DNA from: a virus
Virus record (IMG/VR): IMGVR_UViG_3300008117_000088
Location: 1 to 64,000 of that record
Direction: 5' to 3' (one strand)
Length of the DNA: 64,000 bases
The position numbers were made by a program, and so were the translations under genes. Under the pieces are notes generated by a model, which was not told the DNA's origin, made no database searches, and saw nothing but the letters and a program-made list of their open reading frames with translations. Shown here piece by piece: positions 45,697 through 55,255 of this stretch (its first letter is position 1; every line of letters begins with the position of its first letter).

Positions 45697-45970
45697 TAGG
45701 AATCCTAATAACAGTTCCCGGCTTTATATTTGTAGGGTCAACAATTTCTGGGTTTACATCAAGAATAATCCACCAAAGGGCTGGGTCTTGGTAGAAATCA
45801 AACGCTATGTTATCTAGGCGCTCGCCTTGTTTGTAGGTATGTTCTCTGTAAGAAATTGTTCCAATATCCTCAAACTCGTAAAACACAACAGCGTTAGCAT
45901 CAGAGTCTTCTGCAATAGATATAAAATCAACTACCGAAAACTCGTATCTAGATCCTTGGTATATAGACAT
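45689..45970 (-). CDS. LysM/gpX-like baseplate protein
   Basis: GERLDNIA..FY.DP.LWW.I...NP..PG.VIRIP. Confidence 0.85.
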   Translation of the reverse strand: MSIYQGSRYEFSVVDFISIAEDSDANAVVFYEFEDIGTISYREHTYKQGERLDNIAFDFYQDPALWWIILDVNPEIVDPTNIKPGTVIRIPNV

Positions 45971-45978
45971 ATCTACTC

Positions 45979-47055
45979 CTACTTCGTTGGCGCAATGGCC
46001 GCTGCAGTTTTTTCAACAGATGCAATACCAGCAGAAGCCATAAGGTTCATAGCGATGCTTACGTCTGTTCTAATTGGGGTCATATCTTGAGCAAAAGCAA
46101 TATGAGTTACGTTTAGGTTGTTTATATACCCTACGTAAGACAAAGGACCAATATCAACACGCAAAAGCGTTGCAGCTAGGTAACCAATATCTCCAGTAGA
46201 ACGACCGGTAATACTCTTCCAATCAGGTCCGTTAACCGCTTTATACAGATACTCTAAATCAGCAACTGTTCCATAGTTAACAAGGTCTAATATTTTGTCA
46301 GAAATTTTTCCAGCGTCTGCTTCTGCAAAAAAGCCAGTTTTGTAAAACTCAGCCATTCTTTCAAACGTTGCTGCAGACCCAGACCTTTGATCTAACTGTA
46401 GGTCAAACTCTTTTTGTAGCAAATGTTTCATACAAGCAAAATCGTTAGTTCTATCTAAACGCAGCTGTAAAGAAAGAGTTTCCCCGCTTGGGAAGGCTCC
46501 GGCTACTGAAGCAAAGATGTCTGCAGGGTGCGGAGTAACTTCGGTGTTAAGCGCAACAGAAGTGCTAAAGGTGTCTGGGTTCCACATAAATTGAAAACCA
46601 ATTCTTCTATCTTTACCAGTACTCTGAGTTTTTTCTTCACCAGTAGCCGTAACGTATGTGTTGTTAGCGTTGTAGTACCACCAGATACGACCGCGTCTGT
46701 ACTTTTCAGGAACTTCTCCGGGAGGAGTTGTGTAACCCCATTTGCCCGGCTCTATGTATAGATCTGGTTCAACTATCTTTGGTTTTACAGGCAGGCTCCA
46801 TTGATGTGGAGGTAAATTCCAGTCATAATCAATTGGAAGTTTTAACGGCTTTACTTCTTTGTTCTTCTTGTTTTTGTTCTTTGATTTTTTATCTTTCTTT
46901 TTCTTTTGTTCTTCAGCCGCACGTACTTTTTGACCTTCTGTTAGCCTTCTAAAACGTGCTCTTTCAGCCTCATCTTCGGCAGTTGCGTTAGGGTACTGAG
47001 TACCATAATTTTGAGGTGCAGTAGTTGTGCTAAACGTGATACCTTCAATTGGCAT
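45979..47055 (-). CDS. tail tube initiator-like protein
   Basis: FQFMWNP; HIAF...MTPIR; between tape measure and LysM. Confidence 0.6.
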   Translation of the reverse strand: MPIEGITFSTTTAPQNYGTQYPNATAEDEAERARFRRLTEGQKVRAAEEQKKKKDKKSKNKNKKNKEVKPLKLPIDYDWNLPPHQWSLPVKPKIVEPDLYIEPGKWGYTTPPGEVPEKYRRGRIWWYYNANNTYVTATGEEKTQSTGKDRRIGFQFMWNPDTFSTSVALNTEVTPHPADIFASVAGAFPSGETLSLQLRLDRTNDFACMKHLLQKEFDLQLDQRSGSAATFERMAEFYKTGFFAEADAGKISDKILDLVNYGTVADLEYLYKAVNGPDWKSITGRSTGDIGYLAATLLRVDIGPLSYVGYINNLNVTHIAFAQDMTPIRTDVSIAMNLMASAGIASVEKTAAAIAPTK

Positions 47056-49382
47056 TACTTAGACACCGCCTTTTCTCTTATATTGTCCACACTAAGAATC
47101 TTTTTAACTTCCCTAGCAATTTCTTTTGCATCTGCCGCTGTTTTTTCAGGCATATGGAAGTTTACCGTTACTCCGCCATAATTAACTGTTGCTCCATGGG
47201 ATTGAGCATTTGTCATTGATCCCATGTCAGTTGAAGACACAATAGAAGGACCACCAGAACCAATAATTAGACCCGATGGATTTCGGCTCATTACTAGATC
47301 TGAACTAGGTGCAGGCTGTGCTCCCTCAACAATAGACGGAGTTCCTGCGCCCGCAAGCCATGCGCTTGGATCCATCTTTTGACCATTTTTGCGTACCTCA
47401 AAGTGAAGGTGGGCTCCGGTAGATTGTCCAGAGTTTCCGCTATAACCAACAAGGTCTCCAGCTTTAACACGAGTTCCACCAGTAGCTATCTTGCTACTTA
47501 AGTGGCCATAAAATAGTTGTGCCCCATCTTCTGTAACAAGCTTTATGTAATTTCCAAAACCAGGAGCGTCATAAGGTGTTGCTTCTATAACACCATTAGC
47601 GGATGCAAAAACTGGAGTGCCTTCTGGCAAACCGTAGTCAATTCCGCCGTGACCTTCTCCGTAGGATGGGCTCTTCTTTCCATTAAACATTAAGTGACGA
47701 ACTACACCAAACGGACTTGTAATTGAGTAATTTCCTTGGAACGGCATTACATAGCCGGAAGCTCCTGCGCCCTCTCCGCCACCTTTACCGCCAGGATTGC
47801 TGTTTCTAGCAATTCCAACTCCACCTTGAACAGCGCCTACAGCAGTTCCAGCAATTGCTCCAGGAAGACCTCCAGCAACTAATCCAGTAGCTGCGCCTTG
47901 TCCAGTATCAAAAGCAAAATTTCCAATATCTCTAATAAATTCAGGTCCAGCATAATTTTCGTTTAACCAATCCTGGACTTTATCTAGTCCAGCGTAAGCT
48001 CCAGCAGCAAGACCAGCTCTTCCTAAACCTCCCAAGAAACTTTTTGGCATGAACTTGCCAAATTTTCCAAACAAACCGCCCTTGGCTCCACCGGCTGCTG
48101 TTGCACCACCGCCACCACCAAATAAATTTTTAATTCCGCCAAAAGCTTTTCCAGCCATCATTGCGGCGCCACCACCAAGTACTCCAAGGATTCCTGCGCC
48201 AGCACCATTACCTGATGCTCCAATTGTGTCAATAAAACCTTTACCTTCAAGAATTTTACGGAACGCATCTCCCATTAAACCCGCATCTCTTGCTATGTCG
48301 GCAACTTTATTGCTTGCCGCTGCAAGAAGATCATTAGCAGCTTCAAATCCTTTTAGAACAGATGGGGCAACTGCTTGAGTAGCATTTAACGATGCTGCGT
48401 TTTTATCGCTTGTACTTAAAACGGCACTAGTGGTTGCGCCTTCTTGAGCCAAAGTCGCTTTATTTAGAGAGGATCCTTTACCACCAGTTCCAGCAAGAAG
48501 CATAAGTTCTGAAATAACTGATTGACGAAGGATTGGGTCATTGCCAAAATATTGGTTAAGCATTGAGTCAAGAGCATTACCAGGTTGCAATGAGAACGAA
48601 ATTTGTTCTTTAGTGATTGCACCTTCGCCAGTCTTACCTTTGTTAAGTACTTTCCAAAGGTCTTTAGCAATGTCTTGGAATCCACGCATCATTCCATCTG
48701 CGCCACGAACGTTAACGCCAATCATGCGAAGCATGTTTACGTTACGTCCTTGGTTTAACGCAGCTGTAGCCTGCATACCTCCAGATAGACCAACACCTGG
48801 CATTAAGTTAGATATTGCTGCTGCGCTTTGACCAACTTGATTAAAGTTCTTTAAGCCAGGCATTATGCCCATGCTTGCGCCAAGCATTGTGGCGCGGGCT
48901 GCGTCTAAAGTATCAGTAGTAGTTCCTTGACGAGCCATTCGCATTTGAGTTGCGTTGGCATTGGCTCCACCATAGAAACCAAAACGGGATCTTAATAAAT
49001 CTTGTTCAAAAGATTGTTCAACTGTAGGAATGCCCTGCAATCCAGCAAGAGCAATTTTGCCAGTTCCTTTTAGTAACGCTGCGCCAGCGCTCTTTAGGAA
49101 TCCTCCAAAGCCACCGCCTTGGCTTCCATCATTTTCTGTAGCAGTTTTTGTTCCCGTGGAAGTTCCCATACTTCCATTGAGAAGATTGCCTGAACCGCCA
49201 CCAGGGAAAGAGCCTTTTAAGTTTCTAGATATCTCCGCCGATAAATCGCGGGTGCGCTCAAGCTCTTTATTTAACTGTTTAAAGGCAGACGTAAGATCGG
49301 CAACAAGTTCGGTTTTGCGACCGAAAATGCCACCACCGCCACTGGTTCCCATGGCTGTGCCGGTATTTTTTTTAGCCAACAC
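47055..49382 (-). CDS. tape measure protein with M23 peptidase domain
   Basis: A/G-rich helical body; HGGID, YGHLS, STGAHLHFEVR. Confidence 0.88.
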   Translation of the reverse strand: MLAKKNTGTAMGTSGGGGIFGRKTELVADLTSAFKQLNKELERTRDLSAEISRNLKGSFPGGGSGNLLNGSMGTSTGTKTATENDGSQGGGFGGFLKSAGAALLKGTGKIALAGLQGIPTVEQSFEQDLLRSRFGFYGGANANATQMRMARQGTTTDTLDAARATMLGASMGIMPGLKNFNQVGQSAAAISNLMPGVGLSGGMQATAALNQGRNVNMLRMIGVNVRGADGMMRGFQDIAKDLWKVLNKGKTGEGAITKEQISFSLQPGNALDSMLNQYFGNDPILRQSVISELMLLAGTGGKGSSLNKATLAQEGATTSAVLSTSDKNAASLNATQAVAPSVLKGFEAANDLLAAASNKVADIARDAGLMGDAFRKILEGKGFIDTIGASGNGAGAGILGVLGGGAAMMAGKAFGGIKNLFGGGGGATAAGGAKGGLFGKFGKFMPKSFLGGLGRAGLAAGAYAGLDKVQDWLNENYAGPEFIRDIGNFAFDTGQGAATGLVAGGLPGAIAGTAVGAVQGGVGIARNSNPGGKGGGEGAGASGYVMPFQGNYSITSPFGVVRHLMFNGKKSPSYGEGHGGIDYGLPEGTPVFASANGVIEATPYDAPGFGNYIKLVTEDGAQLFYGHLSSKIATGGTRVKAGDLVGYSGNSGQSTGAHLHFEVRKNGQKMDPSAWLAGAGTPSIVEGAQPAPSSDLVMSRNPSGLIIGSGGPSIVSSTDMGSMTNAQSHGATVNYGGVTVNFHMPEKTAADAKEIAREVKKILSVDNIREKAVSK

Positions 49383-49535
49383 TAACTCCTACGTCTGTTA
49401 ATGGCTCGTTCGAGCCAGTTCTTTCTTTCTCTGAAAGACAGTGACAGTACATCTGTCAAAGTCCAGCCGGGGTATGCTCGAGTTAGTGCTTCAAATTGGT
49501 CCAGTAAGTTTTCGTAATCTTCGTGCTTATATGCG
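49382..49535 (-). CDS. C-terminal extension of tail chaperone (+1 frame)
   Basis: Open frame ...KHEDYENLLDQFEALTRAYPGWTLTDVLSLSFRERKNWLERA with no ATG start. Confidence 0.6.
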
Positions 49536-50321
49536 AAACAAAGCAGCTAAGGTCAACGGCATAGGAATATCCTCACCGCATGCCTCGCATGCCTTCTTCA
49601 CCTCCCCAAGGCGTGGGCCTGGGTTACGTTCAAGAATCTCTTGGACAATTGCTTCACGGTCTTTCCAACTTAGTTTCAAGACCGTAGATGCTCCGATAGA
49701 TGGGCTTCCATTTATTGAAGCAACGCAACCTGCCAAAAGGATTGTGTTTAGTTCAGCTGAGTTCTTGTCGTTGTTTTCAAGCAAACGACGTTGTGTAACT
49801 CCCGTAGGAAGTCCAACAACTACTGTTCCCAACTTAGACTCATATGTCCAGAGTCGATCTTCTTTTGGATCTTTTAGTTCGACAATTGGAATGTCCTTGG
49901 TTAGATCCAGAGTTAAAGTTTGCTCTGTTCTACAGGACGGACAAGTGCCTGTGAAATCAATTGTGTTTCCAAAGGTTGCTCTACGGATTCCAATTAATAT
50001 CGCATCTCTGTCGCCTGAAAGAAGAGTTTCTAAGTCTTCCTTAGACGCTTGCTCCATACCTAAACTGACCAGACCTCTTTGAAGCATTGTGTTTAAAGCA
50101 CGACCAGTAGTTCCTGCTCTAGCAACAGCTTCTTCGTCTGCGCCGTTTAACTCTCTAACCTCAACATATTTGACCAAGGCGCCTTCCCGATTGATATATC
50201 CACCGGGAAGTGCGACCTCGGTATCAGACGGAGCCTGTGTTTCTACTTTTACAACAGGCTCCGCTGCTAAAGCTTTGACCGCTTGGTTAACGACTTTTGG
50301 ATCTGAAATTAATTCTGCCAC
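49527..50321 (-). CDS. tail assembly chaperone (CxxC-containing, gp26/gp51-like)
   Basis: VRELNG.DEE, GDRD..L..IR..TFG, CPSC/CEAC; between tube and tape measure. Confidence 0.75.
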   Translation of the reverse strand: MAELISDPKVVNQAVKALAAEPVVKVETQAPSDTEVALPGGYINREGALVKYVEVRELNGADEEAVARAGTTGRALNTMLQRGLVSLGMEQASKEDLETLLSGDRDAILIGIRRATFGNTIDFTGTCPSCRTEQTLTLDLTKDIPIVELKDPKEDRLWTYESKLGTVVVGLPTGVTQRRLLENNDKNSAELNTILLAGCVASINGSPSIGASTVLKLSWKDREAIVQEILERNPGPRLGEVKKACEACGEDIPMPLTLAALFRI

Positions 50322-50341
50322 GTCTTGTGTCTCCTAATTGT

Positions 50342-50962
50342 TTAGAGTGCTGCCGGCCTTACTGGGTCGTATCCACCGGTTCCATTGGTAAAGAATACCG
50401 AAAGTCCTTCGTGGACAAGTCCAAGGGTTTCGACCATAAGGTTGTTTCCGCCAGCATCTAGGTCAGAGTAGTTCAAAGTTGAAATCCATGCGTTGTGCAC
50501 ATGGAAGCCCATCTTTGGAGTATTTGATCCACCTTCACCGCTTGCGGTTGCTGTTGCGTTACTTGCTGCTGGATGATCAAGAACATAAATCTTGATATCG
50601 CAACGGAAGTCTTTACCACTGGTCAAAGCAATTCCGTCTCCGGCTGCTGCTGCAAACAGTGTACGCATCCAATCAATAGCCTGGTTGTTACCAAAGATAA
50701 CTCCACGGTCCATAGTGATTGGGTTGAATGTTGTCATACCAGGTACCTGGTGAATGGTGGTGTTGTATCCACCTTCGCGGTACGCGATACTTTGTGTGTT
50801 AATGCCGAGACCGCTGATTGAACGAAAACCGCCAGTAAAGCCGGTAATCCGCTTGTCCACCGAAGAACCTTGTTGTGGTGGAAGGAACTCAGCGATAAAT
50901 CGGAACGAGCGTAACGGATCGGTCGCCACACTCGAGAACCGATTAATTGTTGTATCTGCCAT
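50342..50962 (-). CDS. tail tube protein (T4 gp19-like)
   Basis: DPLR.FRF, GF..ISGL, YREGG, PG...F..IT..RG, NAW. Confidence 0.92.
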   Translation of the reverse strand: MADTTINRFSSVATDPLRSFRFIAEFLPPQQGSSVDKRITGFTGGFRSISGLGINTQSIAYREGGYNTTIHQVPGMTTFNPITMDRGVIFGNNQAIDWMRTLFAAAAGDGIALTSGKDFRCDIKIYVLDHPAASNATATASGEGGSNTPKMGFHVHNAWISTLNYSDLDAGGNNLMVETLGLVHEGLSVFFTNGTGGYDPVRPAAL

Positions 50963-50977
50963 GTTTGGTTATCTCCT

Positions 50978-52474
50978 TTACGCCGTAGTAACGGTGGTGC
51001 CACCGTCAAACTGACCGATTTTAATAACTACGAACTCGGCTGGGCGTTGTAGAGCCACACCAACTTCGATGTTAACTAATCCAGCGTCAATGGACTGTTG
51101 TGGGTTCAATTCAGCGTCACATTTTACATAAAATGCTTGTGCTGGGATTGAGCCACGTAGACCGCCTGAGCGCCAGAAGTTATTTAAGAAGCCTTCCAAA
51201 GTTGCAACAATTCGACGCCAAGTCTTTTCATCGTTTGGCTCAAAGATTGCGAACTGGGTTAGCTCTGATAAGGACTTGCGTAGATAGATGAGAGTACGAC
51301 GAACTGGAACATACTTGTCTACGTATGAACCAAGAAGCGTGCGTGAACCCATAACTACAATTCCTGAACCAGGAACAAACTTGATTGCGTTAACTGCAGC
51401 CGCGTTGCTGTTCATTCCATCCAACTGAGCGTTGGTTAGTGGACGAACTGAAACTGCGCCTCCAACTCGAGTGCTGAGACCAGCAGGTGCCTTAAAGACT
51501 CCTCGAGCTGCATCGGTTCCTAGGTATAGACCAACAATTGCTCCACCTGGTGCTACTTCACGAGTAACTCCTGGGGTTGTAACTGCTGGGTCTTTAATTG
51601 TGATTGGTGGGTAGTACACAGCACCGTAAGAGGTAGCTGTATAAGAATCTGCTCTTGTAATTTGATTATCTACAGATCCAAAAACTGGGTCAATAACAAC
51701 AAATACGTCTCCGCGGTTTGATGCGTAGGTAGTCATTGCGTTGACAGCAGCTGCTTCTGTAACTCCAGGAGCGTTTAGAACTAGCGAGTTCAAGACAGTA
51801 TCAAAACGAACAACTTCGTTAGATATTTCTACCTCACTAACAGAACCAGTTCCGTTAGTTCCACCAGCTAATGATTGGTTTGTAGAAACTACTGGTAGTC
51901 GGGCTGAGCCGGTAGCAGTAGATCCTTCATCAACAGCTGAGATGAACTTAGATTGAGAATTGATGATATCAATCACATAGCGATCGTTACCAGGTGTCAT
52001 AGAAAGATCTGTGTATCTTTCTACAACATTGCTATTTGCGGTTCCACCAAACTTTACAGTGATGTCTACATTGTTTGCTGTAGCAGAGTTCGCAATGCTG
52101 ATATTAATGTCATTTCCCCAAGCACCAGCATTCTTTGAATTGATGGTGAGGGTAGCGTCTGCCGTTGGGGTGACGCGGTCATTAAATGTACGGGTAGCAA
52201 CGTCTGCATCAGCATTTGCTGCACGCAAGAAGTATGCTTGATTACCACCGTTTGAGAAGAACAACAGCGCTGCAACGTGCAACGGTGAGTCGTTCTCCCA
52301 GCCACCATACAGACTGACGTATTGACTCCAAGATGTGACCAGAGTTGGAACAAGCGGACCACGATCTACGACGCCAACAAATGCAGCGATGGACTGTGAA
52401 GTGGCACTTTGAACTGGGGTTACTAAGTTAAGGGATTCCTCAACATAGACACCAGGCCGAAGGTATACAGCCAT
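50978..52474 (-). CDS. contractile tail sheath protein
   Basis: YLRPGVYVEE, RGVFKAPAG, YVPVRR, FEPND, RPAEFV. Confidence 0.95.
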   Translation of the reverse strand: MAVYLRPGVYVEESLNLVTPVQSATSQSIAAFVGVVDRGPLVPTLVTSWSQYVSLYGGWENDSPLHVAALLFFSNGGNQAYFLRAANADADVATRTFNDRVTPTADATLTINSKNAGAWGNDINISIANSATANNVDITVKFGGTANSNVVERYTDLSMTPGNDRYVIDIINSQSKFISAVDEGSTATGSARLPVVSTNQSLAGGTNGTGSVSEVEISNEVVRFDTVLNSLVLNAPGVTEAAAVNAMTTYASNRGDVFVVIDPVFGSVDNQITRADSYTATSYGAVYYPPITIKDPAVTTPGVTREVAPGGAIVGLYLGTDAARGVFKAPAGLSTRVGGAVSVRPLTNAQLDGMNSNAAAVNAIKFVPGSGIVVMGSRTLLGSYVDKYVPVRRTLIYLRKSLSELTQFAIFEPNDEKTWRRIVATLEGFLNNFWRSGGLRGSIPAQAFYVKCDAELNPQQSIDAGLVNIEVGVALQRPAEFVVIKIGQFDGGTTVTTA

Positions 52475-52512
52475 TATTTATCTCCTTTGATTTTATCTAG
52501 TTTGCACATATG

Positions 52513-53133
52513 TTAAACCAACTCGAATCCCGAAGGGGGGTTCCCTGTTGTCATGATGTTTGCCGATTGAATCTGTGGTGTTGGAACAGACGGCGTGTAA
52601 GGCGTCATTTCACTTACCACTCTGATACTAAAGACGTTTCTTAGTAAACGTCTTCCATCCTCAATGGAGTCGCGTTTTACGAATCCCTCGAGAAACATAT
52701 GCCTAGCAACATAGCCATTGCCATTCGCTTGCGGAATGATGAGGTGACCATATTTGCCAGGAATTTTTCTATTTAGCATTTCAAAAATTATTGTTCTATC
52801 GTGGCGTGGGTGACGAGCAAAAGAACTAACTTGATAATAAAGATCGTAGACCACTGGGGCGTAGTAACTGTGTCTAGCGTTGCTTGACGCTTGTTGAGTT
52901 CCACGATTGGTGTTATCAATCCAAAAACCAGAACTTTGACGATCGTTAGCCGGTTGAATGTCAAACAAGTCAATAACCATGTATGGGTATTCTTGAGCTT
53001 TTAACTCTACGTCCGGATAACCAAACCATACTTTTACAGGTCTTGTGCTGTCTTTTGCATCTTGCACTTGAATGCCTTGAAGATGTGTTTTAAGAGCCTT
53101 GTCTTCTGCATACAAAAATGATGTGTCGCTCAT
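52513..53133 (-). CDS. tail terminator-like protein
   Basis: Upstream of sheath; YP...IDL, P..DL.YQ. Confidence 0.6.
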   Translation of the reverse strand: MSDTSFLYAEDKALKTHLQGIQVQDAKDSTRPVKVWFGYPDVELKAQEYPYMVIDLFDIQPANDRQSSGFWIDNTNRGTQQASSNARHSYYAPVVYDLYYQVSSFARHPRHDRTIIFEMLNRKIPGKYGHLIIPQANGNGYVARHMFLEGFVKRDSIEDGRRLLRNVFSIRVVSEMTPYTPSVPTPQIQSANIMTTGNPPSGFELV

Positions 53134-53447
53134 GGCAGAATCCCCTTATCAAATAAGTAATCAAGTGCATCGCCTTCAATCGCTTCTCTAATTGCTACAT
53201 CTGCTTTAGTCATAAAGGGGCGGATTACTACAGTAGGAGGTCTATCCTCAGTTCCGTATTCAAGATTAAATATTTCATCTTCACGGAACTCAAAATACTC
53301 AAGTGAAATTACACCCTTATTTTGGGTTAGTTCAATTGGATTACCCCAGCCAGCATCGGCCGTCGCTTCTTGAAGAAGAGGATCTAACTCCTCAACCAGA
53401 CTTTCGGCTAAACGCGGGGCACGTGCTTCGAAGCTATTAGTGTTCAC
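53130..53447 (-). CDS. hypothetical (neck/tail completion-like) protein
   Basis: LEYGT...PP..IR.F. Confidence 0.55.
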   Translation of the reverse strand: MNTNSFEARAPRLAESLVEELDPLLQEATADAGWGNPIELTQNKGVISLEYFEFREDEIFNLEYGTEDRPPTVVIRPFMTKADVAIREAIEGDALDYLFDKGILP

Positions 53448-53608
53448 TTCTTTTTCTTTTTCTTTACCTTCTTGACGCCGTATAGAGCACCAAGTCCGAT
53501 GGCTGCGTAGGTCATGGCAGATTCTTTTGCGCCTGGGGCATTTTCAATAATGCCTTTATAGAAATCAACCTCAGTGGGTCTATCTATCCAGTCTTTGTAG
53601 CCAGACAT
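53444..53608 (-). CDS. small hypothetical protein with hydrophobic then poly-K C-terminus
   Basis: ORF track, start trimmed to MSGYKDW. Confidence 0.55.
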   Translation of the reverse strand: MSGYKDWIDRPTEVDFYKGIIENAPGAKESAMTYAAIGLGALYGVKKVKKKKKK

Positions 53609-53694
53609 AGCATGCTCCAATCGGAGTTCGCAGGTACTCGTACGCAAAAGGGTAAAGCCACTCCCCGCATGGGAGTTACCACTATAGTAAATGA

Positions 53695-53716
53695 AAAAGC
53701 CCCCTTGCGGGGGCTA
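53695..53716 (-). terminator. intrinsic terminator
   Basis: AGCCCC-loop-GGGGCT plus T-run on minus strand. Confidence 0.7.
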
Positions 53717-53721
53717 ATTCG

Positions 53722-53916
53722 CTATTTCTTCCGTTTTGCTTTTATGCCTTTAATAATCTTGGCATCAATTTTTCGGTCTTCTTCTAGGGTCTTTGGCTTC
53801 TTCTTTTTACCGTGGGCTGTGTCCTTTTTTTCAAACTCAGCCTTTTCTTTTTTAGACAGCCCTTTTGTCATTTTGGCGTCTTTTTTTTCGTCAGCCTCTT
53901 TTGTGTATTTAGCCAT
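53722..53916 (-). CDS. lysine-rich small protein
   Basis: ORF track; TAATG coupling. Confidence 0.7.
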   Translation of the reverse strand: MAKYTKEADEKKDAKMTKGLSKKEKAEFEKKDTAHGKKKKPKTLEEDRKIDAKIIKGIKAKRKK

Positions 53917-54044
53917 TATTTTTTCTTAGCTTTCTTGTCTTTTGCATTTGCACCCTTCTTTGCAGCAAACTTCTTGTTCGCCGCCTTGAGGGTCTTCATC
54001 CCGTGTTTGTCCTTGGGACGGCCACAGCCGCAGGTCGCGCACAC
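53916..54044 (-). CDS. 42-aa MCATCGCG lysine-rich micro-protein
   Basis: Translated by hand; GTG start overlapping upstream TAG. Confidence 0.7.
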   Translation of the reverse strand: MCATCGCGRPKDKHGMKTLKAANKKFAAKKGANAKDKKAKKK

Positions 54045-54184
54045 TACTTTTTCTTCTTCTTACGTAGAGCTGCAAAATCAGCCCCATCAAGCTTCTTCTT
54101 ATCGCCAGCTTTGCCAGCAATTTTCTTTTGCTTTGGGGAAAGCTTCTTGCTTCCCTTTCCACCGCAACCACATGTAGCACACAT
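54044..54184 (-). CDS. 46-aa MCATCGCG lysine-rich micro-protein
   Basis: Translated by hand; TAATG coupling. Confidence 0.7.
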   Translation of the reverse strand: MCATCGCGGKGSKKLSPKQKKIAGKAGDKKKLDGADFAALRKKKKK

Positions 54185-54333
54185 TACTTTTTACCTGCTT
54201 TCTGTTTTTTGGGTTTTGCGACCTTGCTCTTACCGGATCCTTCTGGTACACAGTTAGGAACCTTCTTACCGTTCTTTGTTTTAAAACCTACTTGGACATA
54301 GCCGTCCCAGCATGGACCTTGCTTTGCCATCAT
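54184..54333 (-). CDS. micro-protein with CWDGY...VPNCVP motif
   Basis: Translated by hand; ATGA overlap. Confidence 0.7.
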   Translation of the reverse strand: MMAKQGPCWDGYVQVGFKTKNGKKVPNCVPEGSGKSKVAKPKKQKAGKK

Positions 54334-54536
54334 TTACCTTTCTTGTGCGGGTTCTTCTTGTGCCAGTCCTTCACGGCTTTTACGCCTTGCTTGACTGTCT
54401 TAGACCCACCATTCTTTGTCAAATTAATCTTATCCCACTTACCGGCTGACTTGCCTTCGTGGTCAACAATGACATCGCCCTTTTTATTCTTTTTAACGGT
54501 GTGCTTCATGCCGCCAACTTTAAGAGTTTTACCCAT
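54330..54536 (-). CDS. basic small protein
   Basis: ORF track. Confidence 0.7.
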   Translation of the reverse strand: MGKTLKVGGMKHTVKKNKKGDVIVDHEGKSAGKWDKINLTKNGGSKTVKQGVKAVKDWHKKNPHKKGK

Positions 54537-54538
54537 AA

Positions 54539-54700
54539 TTATTTACTCTTATAACGAATAGTTGCTTTAGGGCGTCTAGCAATCCCGCCTTTTTTACGAC
54601 GAGACTTTGCTCCACCAGAACGATATTTGCTTTGATCTAACTCAATAGAAATATTCTTAGTTGGGTTTTTACCAACTGTGTCTCCGATACGACGTGGCAT
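54539..54700 (-). CDS. basic small protein
   Basis: SD AGGAG before ATG 54700. Confidence 0.65.
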   Translation of the reverse strand: MPRRIGDTVGKNPTKNISIELDQSKYRSGGAKSRRKKGGIARRPKATIRYKSK

Positions 54701-54707
54701 ATGTCTC

Positions 54708-55247
54708 CTAAGAAGCAGGTTGTGCGTAGGCCTGGAACTGTTCATCATTAACCAGTTCGTCTGGCATCAGCTGAATCATGTTCAGGGTAATAAGTGTACC
54801 GCGGTCATCAATGTATCCGTCAGGCTGTGTGTGGTATGGCCTAAAAACTTGACCTTTCCATACGCAACGGTAACGGTTTGCTTCCTGTAGGCGAGCGCGA
54901 AACTCACCGCGCTTGTCAAACAACTGAGGGCTTACCCTGTACAGGTCATCAATGTTTATAGTTAGGTTTAACGTATCGGCTGCGTAGAAACCTCGTTGAT
55001 CCATAGGTGACTTACCCATTTGTAAATCAGCGCTAACAATATGAAGCACTTTTGGACCAACCCAGACACGGCCGCCAGAGATAGACTCAACATCGTAAAT
55101 AGGGTCGGTAGTAGTAGAAGAAGTGTCGTACTCCCACCATTCTGCGTGAGTACCAAATGGGTTAGTTGAATCCCACGTAATGCCGTCTCCGACCTCGTTT
55201 AGTTCAAAATCAATGGTGAACCTTCCACCCGGCTCAAAGGATCTCAT
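54708..55247 (-). CDS. probable head-tail connector/neck protein
   Basis: DPIYDV..G..W; RGFY..D.L; position. Confidence 0.55.
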   Translation of the reverse strand: MRSFEPGGRFTIDFELNEVGDGITWDSTNPFGTHAEWWEYDTSSTTTDPIYDVESISGGRVWVGPKVLHIVSADLQMGKSPMDQRGFYAADTLNLTINIDDLYRVSPQLFDKRGEFRARLQEANRYRCVWKGQVFRPYHTQPDGYIDDRGTLITLNMIQLMPDELVNDEQFQAYAQPAS

Positions 55248-55255
55248 GCCACCCC

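Noticed and set aside
49441-50082. 213-aa plus-strand ORF and other antisense ORFs in 11500-64000
   Set aside because: Shadow frames of well-supported minus-strand genes, with no motifs.
53926-54180. 84-aa minus-strand ORF in the track
   Set aside because: Better explained by two coupled MCATCGCG micro-ORFs in other frames.
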